Shown here: positions 48,011 through 55,544 of the stretch, piece after piece
How the letters are laid out: each line of letters starts with the position of its first letter
Numbering within the stretch: position 1 is the stretch's first letter
Assembly (NCBI GenBank): GCA_964474045.1
Contig: CAYYRC010000006.1
Coordinates: 33,262 to 97,261 of the forward strand
Source: an uncultured Actinomycetes bacterium
Lineage (GTDB): Bacteria; Actinomycetota; Actinomycetes; S36-B12; UBA10799
Direction: 5' to 3'
DNA: 64,000 bases
Position numbers and translations under genes: made by a program
The notes under the pieces: model-generated
Databases searched by the model: none
Seen by the model: only the letters and a program-made list of their open reading frames with translations
Told to the model about the DNA's origin: nothing

Positions 48011-49408
48011 ATGGAGCATGGTCACGCGGTATCGCGCCGGTCGGCGCTCAAGCTTGGGCTGGGCGCCGCGGGGGCCACGCTCTTGCCGGGGGTCGCCGGC
48101 TGCGCCACTGCCGCGATGCCTGGTGGGGCCGCCTCGTCCGGGGCGTCCGGGTCGTCGGCAACCGGCGTGGCCTCCCAGGGCGGTGAACCCGCGGTCCCGG
48201 GATCGGTCCACGACGCCGAGCAGGCGGCCCAGGTCGCGCTCGCCATGGCTCGGCTGGCGGCGAGCGCCCAGACCTTCGCGGTCGGCGGGGCCATCATCGA
48301 GAACAGCAGCGGGCGGGTCATCCACGCGCTGCAGAACCGCGTGCTGCAGGATCTCGGCACCGGCCTGGGGCCCCTCTCGGACACCCCCTACACCCAGGAC
48401 CCGACGGCGCACGGCGAGCGCCAGCTCGTCTACTGGTACTTCGCCAATCGCGAGTCCGGCCTGTTGCCGCCGCCGCAGGAGCTGACGGTGGTCACGTCGC
48501 TGGATCCCTGCGCCATGTGCGCCGGCTCGTTGACGTCGGCGGGCTTCCACACCGCGGTGGTGGCCCTGGACGACTTCGCCGGCGTGAACTTCAACGGCAA
48601 GACGGACTTCGCCGGGTATCCCACCGGAGTCGGCGACGCGCTGCGCGGCACCTTCGGGTACTACGGCGTCGACGGCGGGCGAGCCTTCGCCGGCGCGCCC
48701 AACACGCTGTTCGCGAGCACGGCCGTCACCGCAACGACGGCAGCGGCCTGCGGCGACGTCTTCGGCTCGACCGCGGATGGCGTCCGGGCCGCGAGCAGCG
48801 GATCGGGCCTGGACCCCGCCAACCCTGACAACAACATGTCCGATCCGGCCAACTCGTCGATCAGGGGGCCGTACTCGCTGAGCTTTCCCGACGCGTTCAC
48901 CATCCGCCTCGCCGACTACCGACGGCCCGACGCGGTCCTGCGCGATTACCTGACCGGGCTGGTGGAGCGCACGCCTGGCGCCCGCAACGCCGTTGCGCTG
49001 ATCGACTTCTACGGCAACCTGCTGATGGCCTCGGCGGACCGCTTCGACATCAATCCCATCGCCACCGCCTTCATGACCACCACGCAGGAGTACGCCCGCC
49101 TGCGCTTCGCGCTGGTCGACGATCCGGTCACCAGCGCGGTCGCGCAACGCACGCTCACCAGTCCGGCGCACGGCACGTTCGTGTTGCTGCACGCCCTCGA
49201 CGGCGTGAGCACGCTGGGATTGAAGGATCTGGGGGCCTACGGCTCGAGCATGGAGGGCAAGATCCCGGTCACGCAGCCGAGCAACTTCCAGTACTTCGAG
49301 GGCCCGCTGCAGGGGACCGTCGCCGACCTGACCGCCCTGATCGCCGCGATGCCGCCGTTCTACACGAAGCTTGTCGGCATCGACCCGCAGCAGGTGGTCC
49401 TGGACTGA
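48011..49408 (+). CDS. Tat-signal lipoprotein with N-terminal TadA/CDA-fold deaminase domain and unknown C-terminal domain
   Basis: SRRSALKLGLGAAGATLLPGVAGC carries a twin-Arg motif and a lipobox. DPTAHGE ..29 aa.. LDPCAMCAGS forms an HxE/PCxxC zinc site. ATG 48011 follows GGAG by 6 nt; the ORF track starts at 47993. Confidence 0.75.
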   Translation: MEHGHAVSRRSALKLGLGAAGATLLPGVAGCATAAMPGGAASSGASGSSATGVASQGGEPAVPGSVHDAEQAAQVALAMARLAASAQTFAVGGAIIENSSGRVIHALQNRVLQDLGTGLGPLSDTPYTQDPTAHGERQLVYWYFANRESGLLPPPQELTVVTSLDPCAMCAGSLTSAGFHTAVVALDDFAGVNFNGKTDFAGYPTGVGDALRGTFGYYGVDGGRAFAGAPNTLFASTAVTATTAAACGDVFGSTADGVRAASSGSGLDPANPDNNMSDPANSSIRGPYSLSFPDAFTIRLADYRRPDAVLRDYLTGLVERTPGARNAVALIDFYGNLLMASADRFDINPIATAFMTTTQEYARLRFALVDDPVTSAVAQRTLTSPAHGTFVLLHALDGVSTLGLKDLGAYGSSMEGKIPVTQPSNFQYFEGPLQGTVADLTALIAAMPPFYTKLVGIDPQQVVLD

Positions 49409-49435
49409 GCGCTGGCCGGCTTGGCCCGGCCGTGA

Positions 49436-49488
49436 CAGGTTTGTGCCCGAAAACGGCCCGCCGGTGGTGGTTTTCGGGCACAAACCTG
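49436..49488. repeat. Long-hairpin repeat copy A: 19-bp perfect arms CAGGTTTGTGCCCGAAAAC / GTTTTCGGGCACAAACCTG with a 15-nt loop
   Basis: Read directly. It lies between the convergent stops at 49408 (+) and 49511 (-). Confidence 0.85.
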
Positions 49489-49510
49489 ACGCGAGAGGCT
49501 GCAACCGGCA

Positions 49511-52048
49511 TTAGCTGCGATGCTCGACACCCGGTGTCTTTCGCCAACGCGCCGCCGCGGCGATGGCTTCGTCTCGCCCGCTCACGTCCAGCTTGCGGTA
49601 CAGGCGTCGCAGCCGGGTCTTGATGGTGTTGGTGGAGACGCCGAGCTCCGCGGCCATCTGGGCCTGTGTTGCGCGACTGGGCAACCGTGCCAGCAGCTCG
49701 ACCTCACCTGGGCTCAGCCGCGGCCCATCCGGGTCTCGCGGCGCGGCGAGCGGTCGCAACGACAGGGGATCGCCGTCCTCGCCGGGTCGCTCCGCCCCGT
49801 CCCTCGCACTAGTCGCCGCCGGCAGAACCACCCCTTGGTCGACCGCCAACTGCCGGAATCCCGGATGCTCTGCGAACACCCCGGCCAGACCGTGCCGCCG
49901 CGCGATCTCGACGGCCCCACGCACGTGCGCCGCATCATCCTGACTCGCGGCTGCCAGGCTGCTTGCCTGAGCCAGCAGGATGCGGCGCTCCAGGGCGCTG
50001 CGCGGTTGCCCGGTGGACAGCGCCCCCAGCGCTCGCGCCACCTGCGTCGGTCGTCGTTCCAGGAACGACCAGGCTGCCAACAGGGTCCTGTCCGCCGACG
50101 GCGGCAGCTGCCTGATCACCGCCTCGGCGGACTCGGCATCGCCTGCGACGAGCAGAGTCCGCGCGTGCGCTCGGTTGACCTCCGGCCACAGGCCGCTTTC
50201 GGGGTTGACCGCCCGTAACTGCGCTCGGGTCCGATGCAGGATGTCGAAGGCGGAGTCGATCTGTCCGGCGCGCACGTCGACCGCGCACCTTTGGAGTCGG
50301 GCATGCGTCAGGCCCCCCGTCGACGCGCGTCCCGAAGCCACCGCCTCGGCCCGCAGCAGCAGGTCCCGCGCCTGCGCGAGCTCGCCCTGTTCGAGCAGCA
50401 CCCCGGCCTGCGCCACCACGAGCGTCAGGTGAGAAAGGGCCGTCGTCGTCGCGCCGCGCGACTCGAGGAAACGGCGCGCGCCTTCGAGGTCTGCGGCGGC
50501 CTCATGCATGTGTCCCTGCCGTGCCGCTGCGCCCGCCCGTACCGCCCGGAAGGACACCTCCCGGATCATGTCGTTGGGCATGTCTCCGACCCGAAGCCGG
50601 GCCAACTCCGCAGCAGCCTCCTCGGTTCGGCCCTCCCACAGGAGTCCGCGTGCGACGACGACGGGCGCGAGCTGGTGGGAGTTGGCCGTGTAGTCGTCGC
50701 CGAAGGCGGCTACCGCGGACCGGGCGGCGGCGATCATCCCGGCGGTGTCCGCCATCGCCCCGGCCAGGCACGCCGACAGCAGCTGGACCTCGCCCCGCAC
50801 GGCGGCGCGCTGGGCGGCCTCCAGTTCCGCCGCGATGGACGACACCAGCCAGGCTTCCAGGCGCGCGAGGCACTGTCGGACCATCGTGGTGTCCCCGCCC
50901 CACAGGGAGGCCCAACCTATCCGCAGCTCGTGCTCTGTGGAGCTGGCCCACGTGGTGGGGGGAAGGTCGGAGTACCAGGTGAGCGCCAACTCGGCCTGGC
51001 CCGTGGTGATGAGGTGTACCTCGACGTCTCGCAGCTGCTCGCCAGCCTCCTGGTATCGACCGGCCTCGATCAGGTGGAAGATCGCGGATTCGACCTCGCC
51101 GCGCTCGACGTAGTGCTCGGCCACGCGCTGATGGGCCTCGAGCCTCTCGCTGCGGCTGCCCCCGCCGCCTCGCGACGCCAGCGCCGCCGTCAGCAGTCGG
51201 TGCCTACGCCAGCGCGGTGTGGCGTCGGTCGTGACGTCGCGGCAGAGCAGGCCCTCGCTGCGGGTGATGCTGCGCAACAACTGCTGAGAGTCATCGGCGT
51301 CGCGGACGACGTCGCACGCGGGCGCATCGAGCCGATCCAGCATGGCGGTCTCGCGCAGGAAGGCCTGCTGCGCCGACGTCAGCGATCTCCACCACGGCGC
51401 GACCGCGACCTCGGCGCCGTGCTGCCCCAACCATCGGGCCACCGCCTCGGTCCGCGCGGGCCCTTCGGACACCCGACGCAGCCGGGACGCCGCAAGCACC
51501 AGCGGCGCCACCCAGCCCTCGCTCAGATCGATGATGCGTGCCACCTCCGGCGCCTGCGGTGATCCCGGGGCGAGCAGCTCCAGCACGGCATGGGCCTCCT
51601 CGTCGGTGAAGGCCAGGTCGGATCGGTCGAGCAGGATCGATCCCGGGAAGCGCAGCGTGACCTCGTCCAGCGACTCCTGCGAGCTCATGATCAGCCCCGA
51701 CCAGATGGCGACGTCCTCAATCAGCGCGGCGCGCGCTTCCTCGGCTTCCGAGCTCGACGCCACACCGTCGCAGTCCACCAGCACGTAGCGGATCCGGCCT
51801 TCGCCCCGGGCATCCTCCAGGCGCCGCCGCAGTCGGACCCACGCGCCCGGGTCGTCGGCCGCGACGCTCACCAGCTGCGCCGACTCCGGGCCGGCCCTGG
51901 CCGCGGCCTGCCGGAGCGCTGTCGTGCGGCCGAATCCCGTCGGTGCGCTCAGCAGGCACGGCGCGTGGGGCGCCGCCGCCAGCATTAAGTCGGCCAGCCT
52001 CGACCGCACCAGGGTGGTGGGGCCGAGGACGGCCGACTCTGCGTTCAC
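49511..52048 (-). CDS. LAL-type (MalT-like STAND NTPase + TPR-like + LuxR/GerE HTH) transcriptional regulator
   Basis: N-terminal P-loop LLSAPTGFGRTTAL (MalT has SAPAGYGKTT). Long helical-repeat middle region. C-terminal QAQMAAELGVSTNTIKTRLRRLYRKLDV. GTGA overlap with the upstream gene. Confidence 0.85.
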   Translation of the reverse strand: MNAESAVLGPTTLVRSRLADLMLAAAPHAPCLLSAPTGFGRTTALRQAAARAGPESAQLVSVAADDPGAWVRLRRRLEDARGEGRIRYVLVDCDGVASSSEAEEARAALIEDVAIWSGLIMSSQESLDEVTLRFPGSILLDRSDLAFTDEEAHAVLELLAPGSPQAPEVARIIDLSEGWVAPLVLAASRLRRVSEGPARTEAVARWLGQHGAEVAVAPWWRSLTSAQQAFLRETAMLDRLDAPACDVVRDADDSQQLLRSITRSEGLLCRDVTTDATPRWRRHRLLTAALASRGGGGSRSERLEAHQRVAEHYVERGEVESAIFHLIEAGRYQEAGEQLRDVEVHLITTGQAELALTWYSDLPPTTWASSTEHELRIGWASLWGGDTTMVRQCLARLEAWLVSSIAAELEAAQRAAVRGEVQLLSACLAGAMADTAGMIAAARSAVAAFGDDYTANSHQLAPVVVARGLLWEGRTEEAAAELARLRVGDMPNDMIREVSFRAVRAGAAARQGHMHEAAADLEGARRFLESRGATTTALSHLTLVVAQAGVLLEQGELAQARDLLLRAEAVASGRASTGGLTHARLQRCAVDVRAGQIDSAFDILHRTRAQLRAVNPESGLWPEVNRAHARTLLVAGDAESAEAVIRQLPPSADRTLLAAWSFLERRPTQVARALGALSTGQPRSALERRILLAQASSLAAASQDDAAHVRGAVEIARRHGLAGVFAEHPGFRQLAVDQGVVLPAATSARDGAERPGEDGDPLSLRPLAAPRDPDGPRLSPGEVELLARLPSRATQAQMAAELGVSTNTIKTRLRRLYRKLDVSGRDEAIAAAARWRKTPGVEHRS

Positions 52049-53478
52049 GTGCGGTGCGCCTCCGCCACCAGGTCGTAGTCGTGGTTGTTGATCTGACGGT
52101 ACGCCATGGCGAACTGCGCGATCGCCTCGTCGAACTCGTCACCGCTGCCCAGGTAGCCGCCGATGAGGCTGGCATCGCCGGTGCGGGCGTGCGCCCTGGC
52201 CAGCACCGCGCCACAGACCCGGCCGTATCCGCGCAGGGCGCTGGCGTCGAGCATCTCCGGCTCGATCGCACCCTTGAAGTCCTTCAGCTGCCGTAGGAAG
52301 TACTCGTGGTCGCGACCGCTGGACCAGCCCAGGAACGGGTCGCCGCTGGCCTGCATTGCCTGCGTCCCCAGCACCACCCGCTGGCCGTGGTGGTCCAGCG
52401 GCGACTTGCCCAGGTAGCGCTCGAGCACCGACTCGCTGGCCTGCTTGATCTGCAGCAGCAGCGGCTCGCCGTCGCCGGACTCCAGCAGCACCACGAGCGC
52501 CCGCGTGCCCACGCTCCCGACGCCCACCACCTTGTGCGCGACGTCCACGAACGAGTAGCGCGCCAGCAGCGCCAGGCGGTCCGGGGCGAGCGTGGCCAGG
52601 TACTCGGCGTACAACGCGCGCAGTCGGGCCACGACGTCATCGCGATGGTCCTCGGGAACCCGCACCAGCACGGGTGGCTCGTCGCGGAAGATCCGCCCTG
52701 ACGGCGTCATCGTCGTCATCTTCATGGTGGCGGTGTTGGCGGTGCGGCCGAGGGCCTTCTTGCGGGCTTTCTTCGTGGCCTTCGCCAGCGATGACTTGCC
52801 CTCGGCGTCCACCAGGTTGTCCACGTCCAGGCGCGCGTACCAGACGTCCAGGGTGGGCATCTCGGCCAGCTCGGCGATGGTCTCGCGGTAGGCGGCCGCC
52901 GCGCCTTGCGCGGCCCTGCGACCCACCTTGTCCGGAAGCTCGAGCGCCGTGGCGGCCACCGCGAGGCTTGCGGCGAGGCGCTTGACGTCCCACTCGAACG
53001 GCCCGGGCAGCGTCTCGTCGAAGTCGTTCAGGTCGAACATGAGGCCGCGGTCGGGGGCGGCGAACATTCCGAAGTTGGACAGATGCGCATCCCCGCAGAG
53101 CTGAGTCCGGATGCCGGTGGCCGGGATCAGGGAGAGGTCGCTGGCCATCACCGCCGCCGCACCGCGCAGGAACGTGAACGGGCTGGCAGTCATCCGCTCG
53201 TAGCGCAGGGGCACGAGTGCCTGCTCGCGGTTGGCGTCCTGTTCGGCGAGGAGAGCCACGGGGTCCCGACGGGCGTCCGGAACGGGTACGTCCGCGTGCG
53301 TCGCGAGCGGGACCGCGTCCCGCACTGACTCGCCCTGGGCGGCCCTCTCGGCGCGGCTGCGGCGGGGACTGCTGAAGAACGACTGGGCAGTGATCGGGGA
53401 GGTGGGGGGCTCTGTGGTTGGTGTCTCGGTCACGTGGCCATGGTGACCTCCGGTTGGGGCGCGCGCCAGAGACGTCAC
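52045..53478 (-). CDS. DUF2252-family protein (protein-kinase-like fold predicted)
   Basis: PFTFLRGAAAVMASDL, LCGDAHLSNFG and MFDLNDFDE, which are HGDxHxxN-like and DFD-like motifs. Confidence 0.75.
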   Translation of the reverse strand: MTSLARAPTGGHHGHVTETPTTEPPTSPITAQSFFSSPRRSRAERAAQGESVRDAVPLATHADVPVPDARRDPVALLAEQDANREQALVPLRYERMTASPFTFLRGAAAVMASDLSLIPATGIRTQLCGDAHLSNFGMFAAPDRGLMFDLNDFDETLPGPFEWDVKRLAASLAVAATALELPDKVGRRAAQGAAAAYRETIAELAEMPTLDVWYARLDVDNLVDAEGKSSLAKATKKARKKALGRTANTATMKMTTMTPSGRIFRDEPPVLVRVPEDHRDDVVARLRALYAEYLATLAPDRLALLARYSFVDVAHKVVGVGSVGTRALVVLLESGDGEPLLLQIKQASESVLERYLGKSPLDHHGQRVVLGTQAMQASGDPFLGWSSGRDHEYFLRQLKDFKGAIEPEMLDASALRGYGRVCGAVLARAHARTGDASLIGGYLGSGDEFDEAIAQFAMAYRQINNHDYDLVAEAHRT

Positions 53479-53539
53479 CCTCGGCGGGTGACAAGCGGCG
53501 GCGCCTGAGCCGGGACCGGCGTCGCCCGCACGGCCGGGA

Positions 53540-53592
53540 AAGGTTCGTACCCGAAGACGGTCCGCCGGGTGGCGTCTTCGGGCACAAACCTT
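53540..53592. repeat. Long-hairpin repeat copy B (20-bp arms, 2 mismatches that become G-U pairs in the minus-strand RNA)
   Basis: AAGGTTCGTACCCGAAGACG / CGTCTTCGGGCACAAACCTT. It starts 19 nt downstream of the paralog B stop on the minus strand. Confidence 0.8.
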
Positions 53593-53610
53593 GACCGGGT
53601 CGGCCTCAGG

Positions 53611-54240
53611 TCAGCTCCAGCCCTTGGTCATGGTCAGCTCGAACTGCTTGTAGTGCGACGTGTCGCCGTGGCGCTTGCCGGTGAAGTGGGCGCCGGCGAT
53701 GGGGGACACGTAGTAGTGCTGGGTGCCCACGCTGTAGTACTTGGACTGATAGCTGACCGAGAGCCAGGGGCTGGACCAGGCGGGGTTCTCGGCGTCGACC
53801 TCGATGGCCTTGAAGACGCTGTTCTCGCGGGCGTCCTCGGCGCTGCGGAAGACGCGCAGCTGTACGTCGTCCACGCCGCCGTAGTTGCCGTGGTAGGACC
53901 TGGTCTCGCCCGGCTGCAAGACGTCGGAGGCCCACCAGTCGGTGAAGGCCTTGTGCTCGCGCACCCAGATAGCGCCGCCGCTCGCGTTGCGGAAGTACAC
54001 GGACGTCCCCTTCGTGAACGAGTTGTCGCTATCTGCAGCGGGCGCGGGCGCCGCGGGAACGGCGCCGACCTCGGTGGCCGGGGCGGGGGCTGCCGGGGCG
54101 GGGGCTGCCGGGGCGGGGGCCGCCGGCGCCGGGGCCGCCGGCGCAGCGAGGGACGGCACGGCGGTGAGGCTCGCGATGGAGCCGGCGGCCAGCAGCGCCG
54201 CCGCTGCGCGGGCCGCGAGTCGGGTCGTCTTGGTGGTCAT
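53611..54240 (-). CDS. Secreted protein of unknown function, paralog B
   Basis: MTTKTTRLAARAAAALLAAGSIASLTAVPSLA signal, (AAPAP)n linker, and a C-terminal domain about 73% identical to paralog A. Confidence 0.8.
   Translation of the reverse strand: MTTKTTRLAARAAAALLAAGSIASLTAVPSLAAPAAPAPAAPAPAAPAPAAPAPATEVGAVPAAPAPAADSDNSFTKGTSVYFRNASGGAIWVREHKAFTDWWASDVLQPGETRSYHGNYGGVDDVQLRVFRSAEDARENSVFKAIEVDAENPAWSSPWLSVSYQSKYYSVGTQHYYVSPIAGAHFTGKRHGDTSHYKQFELTMTKGWS
54077..54141 (-). repeat. 15-nt tandem repeat (about 4.3 units) encoding (AAPAP)n in the paralog B linker
   Basis: gccggggcgggggct x3 followed by degenerate units, read directly. Confidence 0.85.
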
Positions 54241-54263
54241 GGGGTGCTCCTCTTCGGTTGCAT

Positions 54264-54286
54264 CAGTGGTTGCTGCGTCCAATGTG
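54264..54286 (-). promoter_or_regulatory. 23-nt block identical to 47600..47622, 24 nt upstream of the paralog B start
   Basis: Read directly. Confidence 0.6.
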
Positions 54287-54321
54287 CGGGTGCCGCGATG
54301 GGAGTTCAATGCCCCTCGAGC

Positions 54322-54357
54322 CGAAACCGATTTCGACCTGACCCGAAACCGTTTTCG
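54322..54357. promoter_or_regulatory. Two palindromic boxes, CGAAACCGATTTCG (54322-54335) and CGAAACCGTTTTCG (54344-54357), 22 bp centre to centre
   Basis: Read directly. They lie in the 217-bp divergent region between paralog B and the MDR dehydrogenase. Confidence 0.6.
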
Positions 54358-54457
54358 GACGTCGGGTGGCGACGCAGCTCGGGGTCGGGACCTGTCGCGG
54401 CGCCAGTGAAAAGTGGATTCGGAGTTCGGCTGTGGTGAGTCCTCGTAACCTGCTGTC

Positions 54458-55423
54458 ATGAGAACCAGTCACCGTCCCGGCTACGGGCCGCCGAGCGTGC
54501 TTCGCGTTCGCGATGCGCCGGTTCCGAGGCCGGCCGTCGGCGAGGTGCTCGTGCGGGTGCACGCGGCCTCGGTGAACCGAACGGACAGCGGCATCCTGCG
54601 CGGCAAACCCTTCATCTTCCGCTTCTTCGCCGGGTTCCCACGACCGCGCTTCAGCGCCACCGGCTGCGACTTCGCGGGCGAGGTGGAGGCCGTCGGCGAC
54701 GGGGTCTCCGGGTTCGCTGTCGGTGATCGGGTCTACGGGCTCGACGACACTGGGCTCGGCTCTCACACGCAGTTTGTGGTCGTGCCGGTGGCGAAAGCCG
54801 TGCTGCACATGCCAGCGGGGTTGACGTTCGCCGACGCTGTGGGCTGCACCGAGGGCGCGTTCTACGCGGTCAACTTCCTCAACAAGGTCGATCTCTCCCC
54901 GGGCCAGAGGGTGCTCGTGATCGGCGGCACGGGGGCCATCGGATCAGCGGCGATCCAGCTGCTCGCCGCCCGCGGCATCGAGGTGGATGCCGTCTGCCCG
55001 GCAGAGCATGCGGACTTGGTGCGCTCGCTCGGCGCCGCCGCCGTATTCGATGCTGACCGCCGTGATCACCTGGTGCCGAGCGAGCCTTACGACTTCGTGT
55101 TCGACGCCGTCGGCAAGAGTCGGTTCTCGCTCTGCCGGCCGATCCTGACCAGTCGTGGGGTCTACGTCTCGTCCGAACTCGGACCGCGTGGAGAGAACTT
55201 GGCACTGCCCTTGGTCACCGCCGTCGGCAAAGGACGGCGAGTCGTCTTCCCCATCCCGCGCGACCCGGCGGGGTCGTTGCGCATCGTCCGCGATCTGGTG
55301 GCCCGAGGCGCCTTCCGAGCCGTCATCGACCGCAGCTACGCCCTCGACGACATCGTTGCGGCGTTCGAGTACATGGAGAGCGGCCAGAAGATCGGCACCG
55401 TGGTGCTCGACCCCTGGGCCTGA
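54458..55423 (+). CDS. Medium-chain dehydrogenase/reductase (quinone oxidoreductase / zeta-crystallin-like)
   Basis: GEVLVRVHAASVNRTD and VLVIGGTGAIGSAAIQL Rossmann motif. 321 aa. Confidence 0.85.
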   Translation: MRTSHRPGYGPPSVLRVRDAPVPRPAVGEVLVRVHAASVNRTDSGILRGKPFIFRFFAGFPRPRFSATGCDFAGEVEAVGDGVSGFAVGDRVYGLDDTGLGSHTQFVVVPVAKAVLHMPAGLTFADAVGCTEGAFYAVNFLNKVDLSPGQRVLVIGGTGAIGSAAIQLLAARGIEVDAVCPAEHADLVRSLGAAAVFDADRRDHLVPSEPYDFVFDAVGKSRFSLCRPILTSRGVYVSSELGPRGENLALPLVTAVGKGRRVVFPIPRDPAGSLRIVRDLVARGAFRAVIDRSYALDDIVAAFEYMESGQKIGTVVLDPWA

Positions 55424-55544
55424 GGGTGCAGTCCGGTCCGAGCTGATGGAGGAGGCGTTTGACAGCGCCGCCACGTATCCTGCGCAGTTCCGGGGCATCG
55501 TCGGCGCAGCTGCGACGGCCCTCGGCCGCCGGACCCTGACGAGG

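Noticed and set aside
54077-54141. Regularly spaced short repeats that at first glance could be a mini CRISPR-like array; the same applies to 47398..47475.
   Set aside because: The units are contiguous with no spacers, in frame, and encode Pro/Ala linkers of secreted proteins. No cas genes are present.
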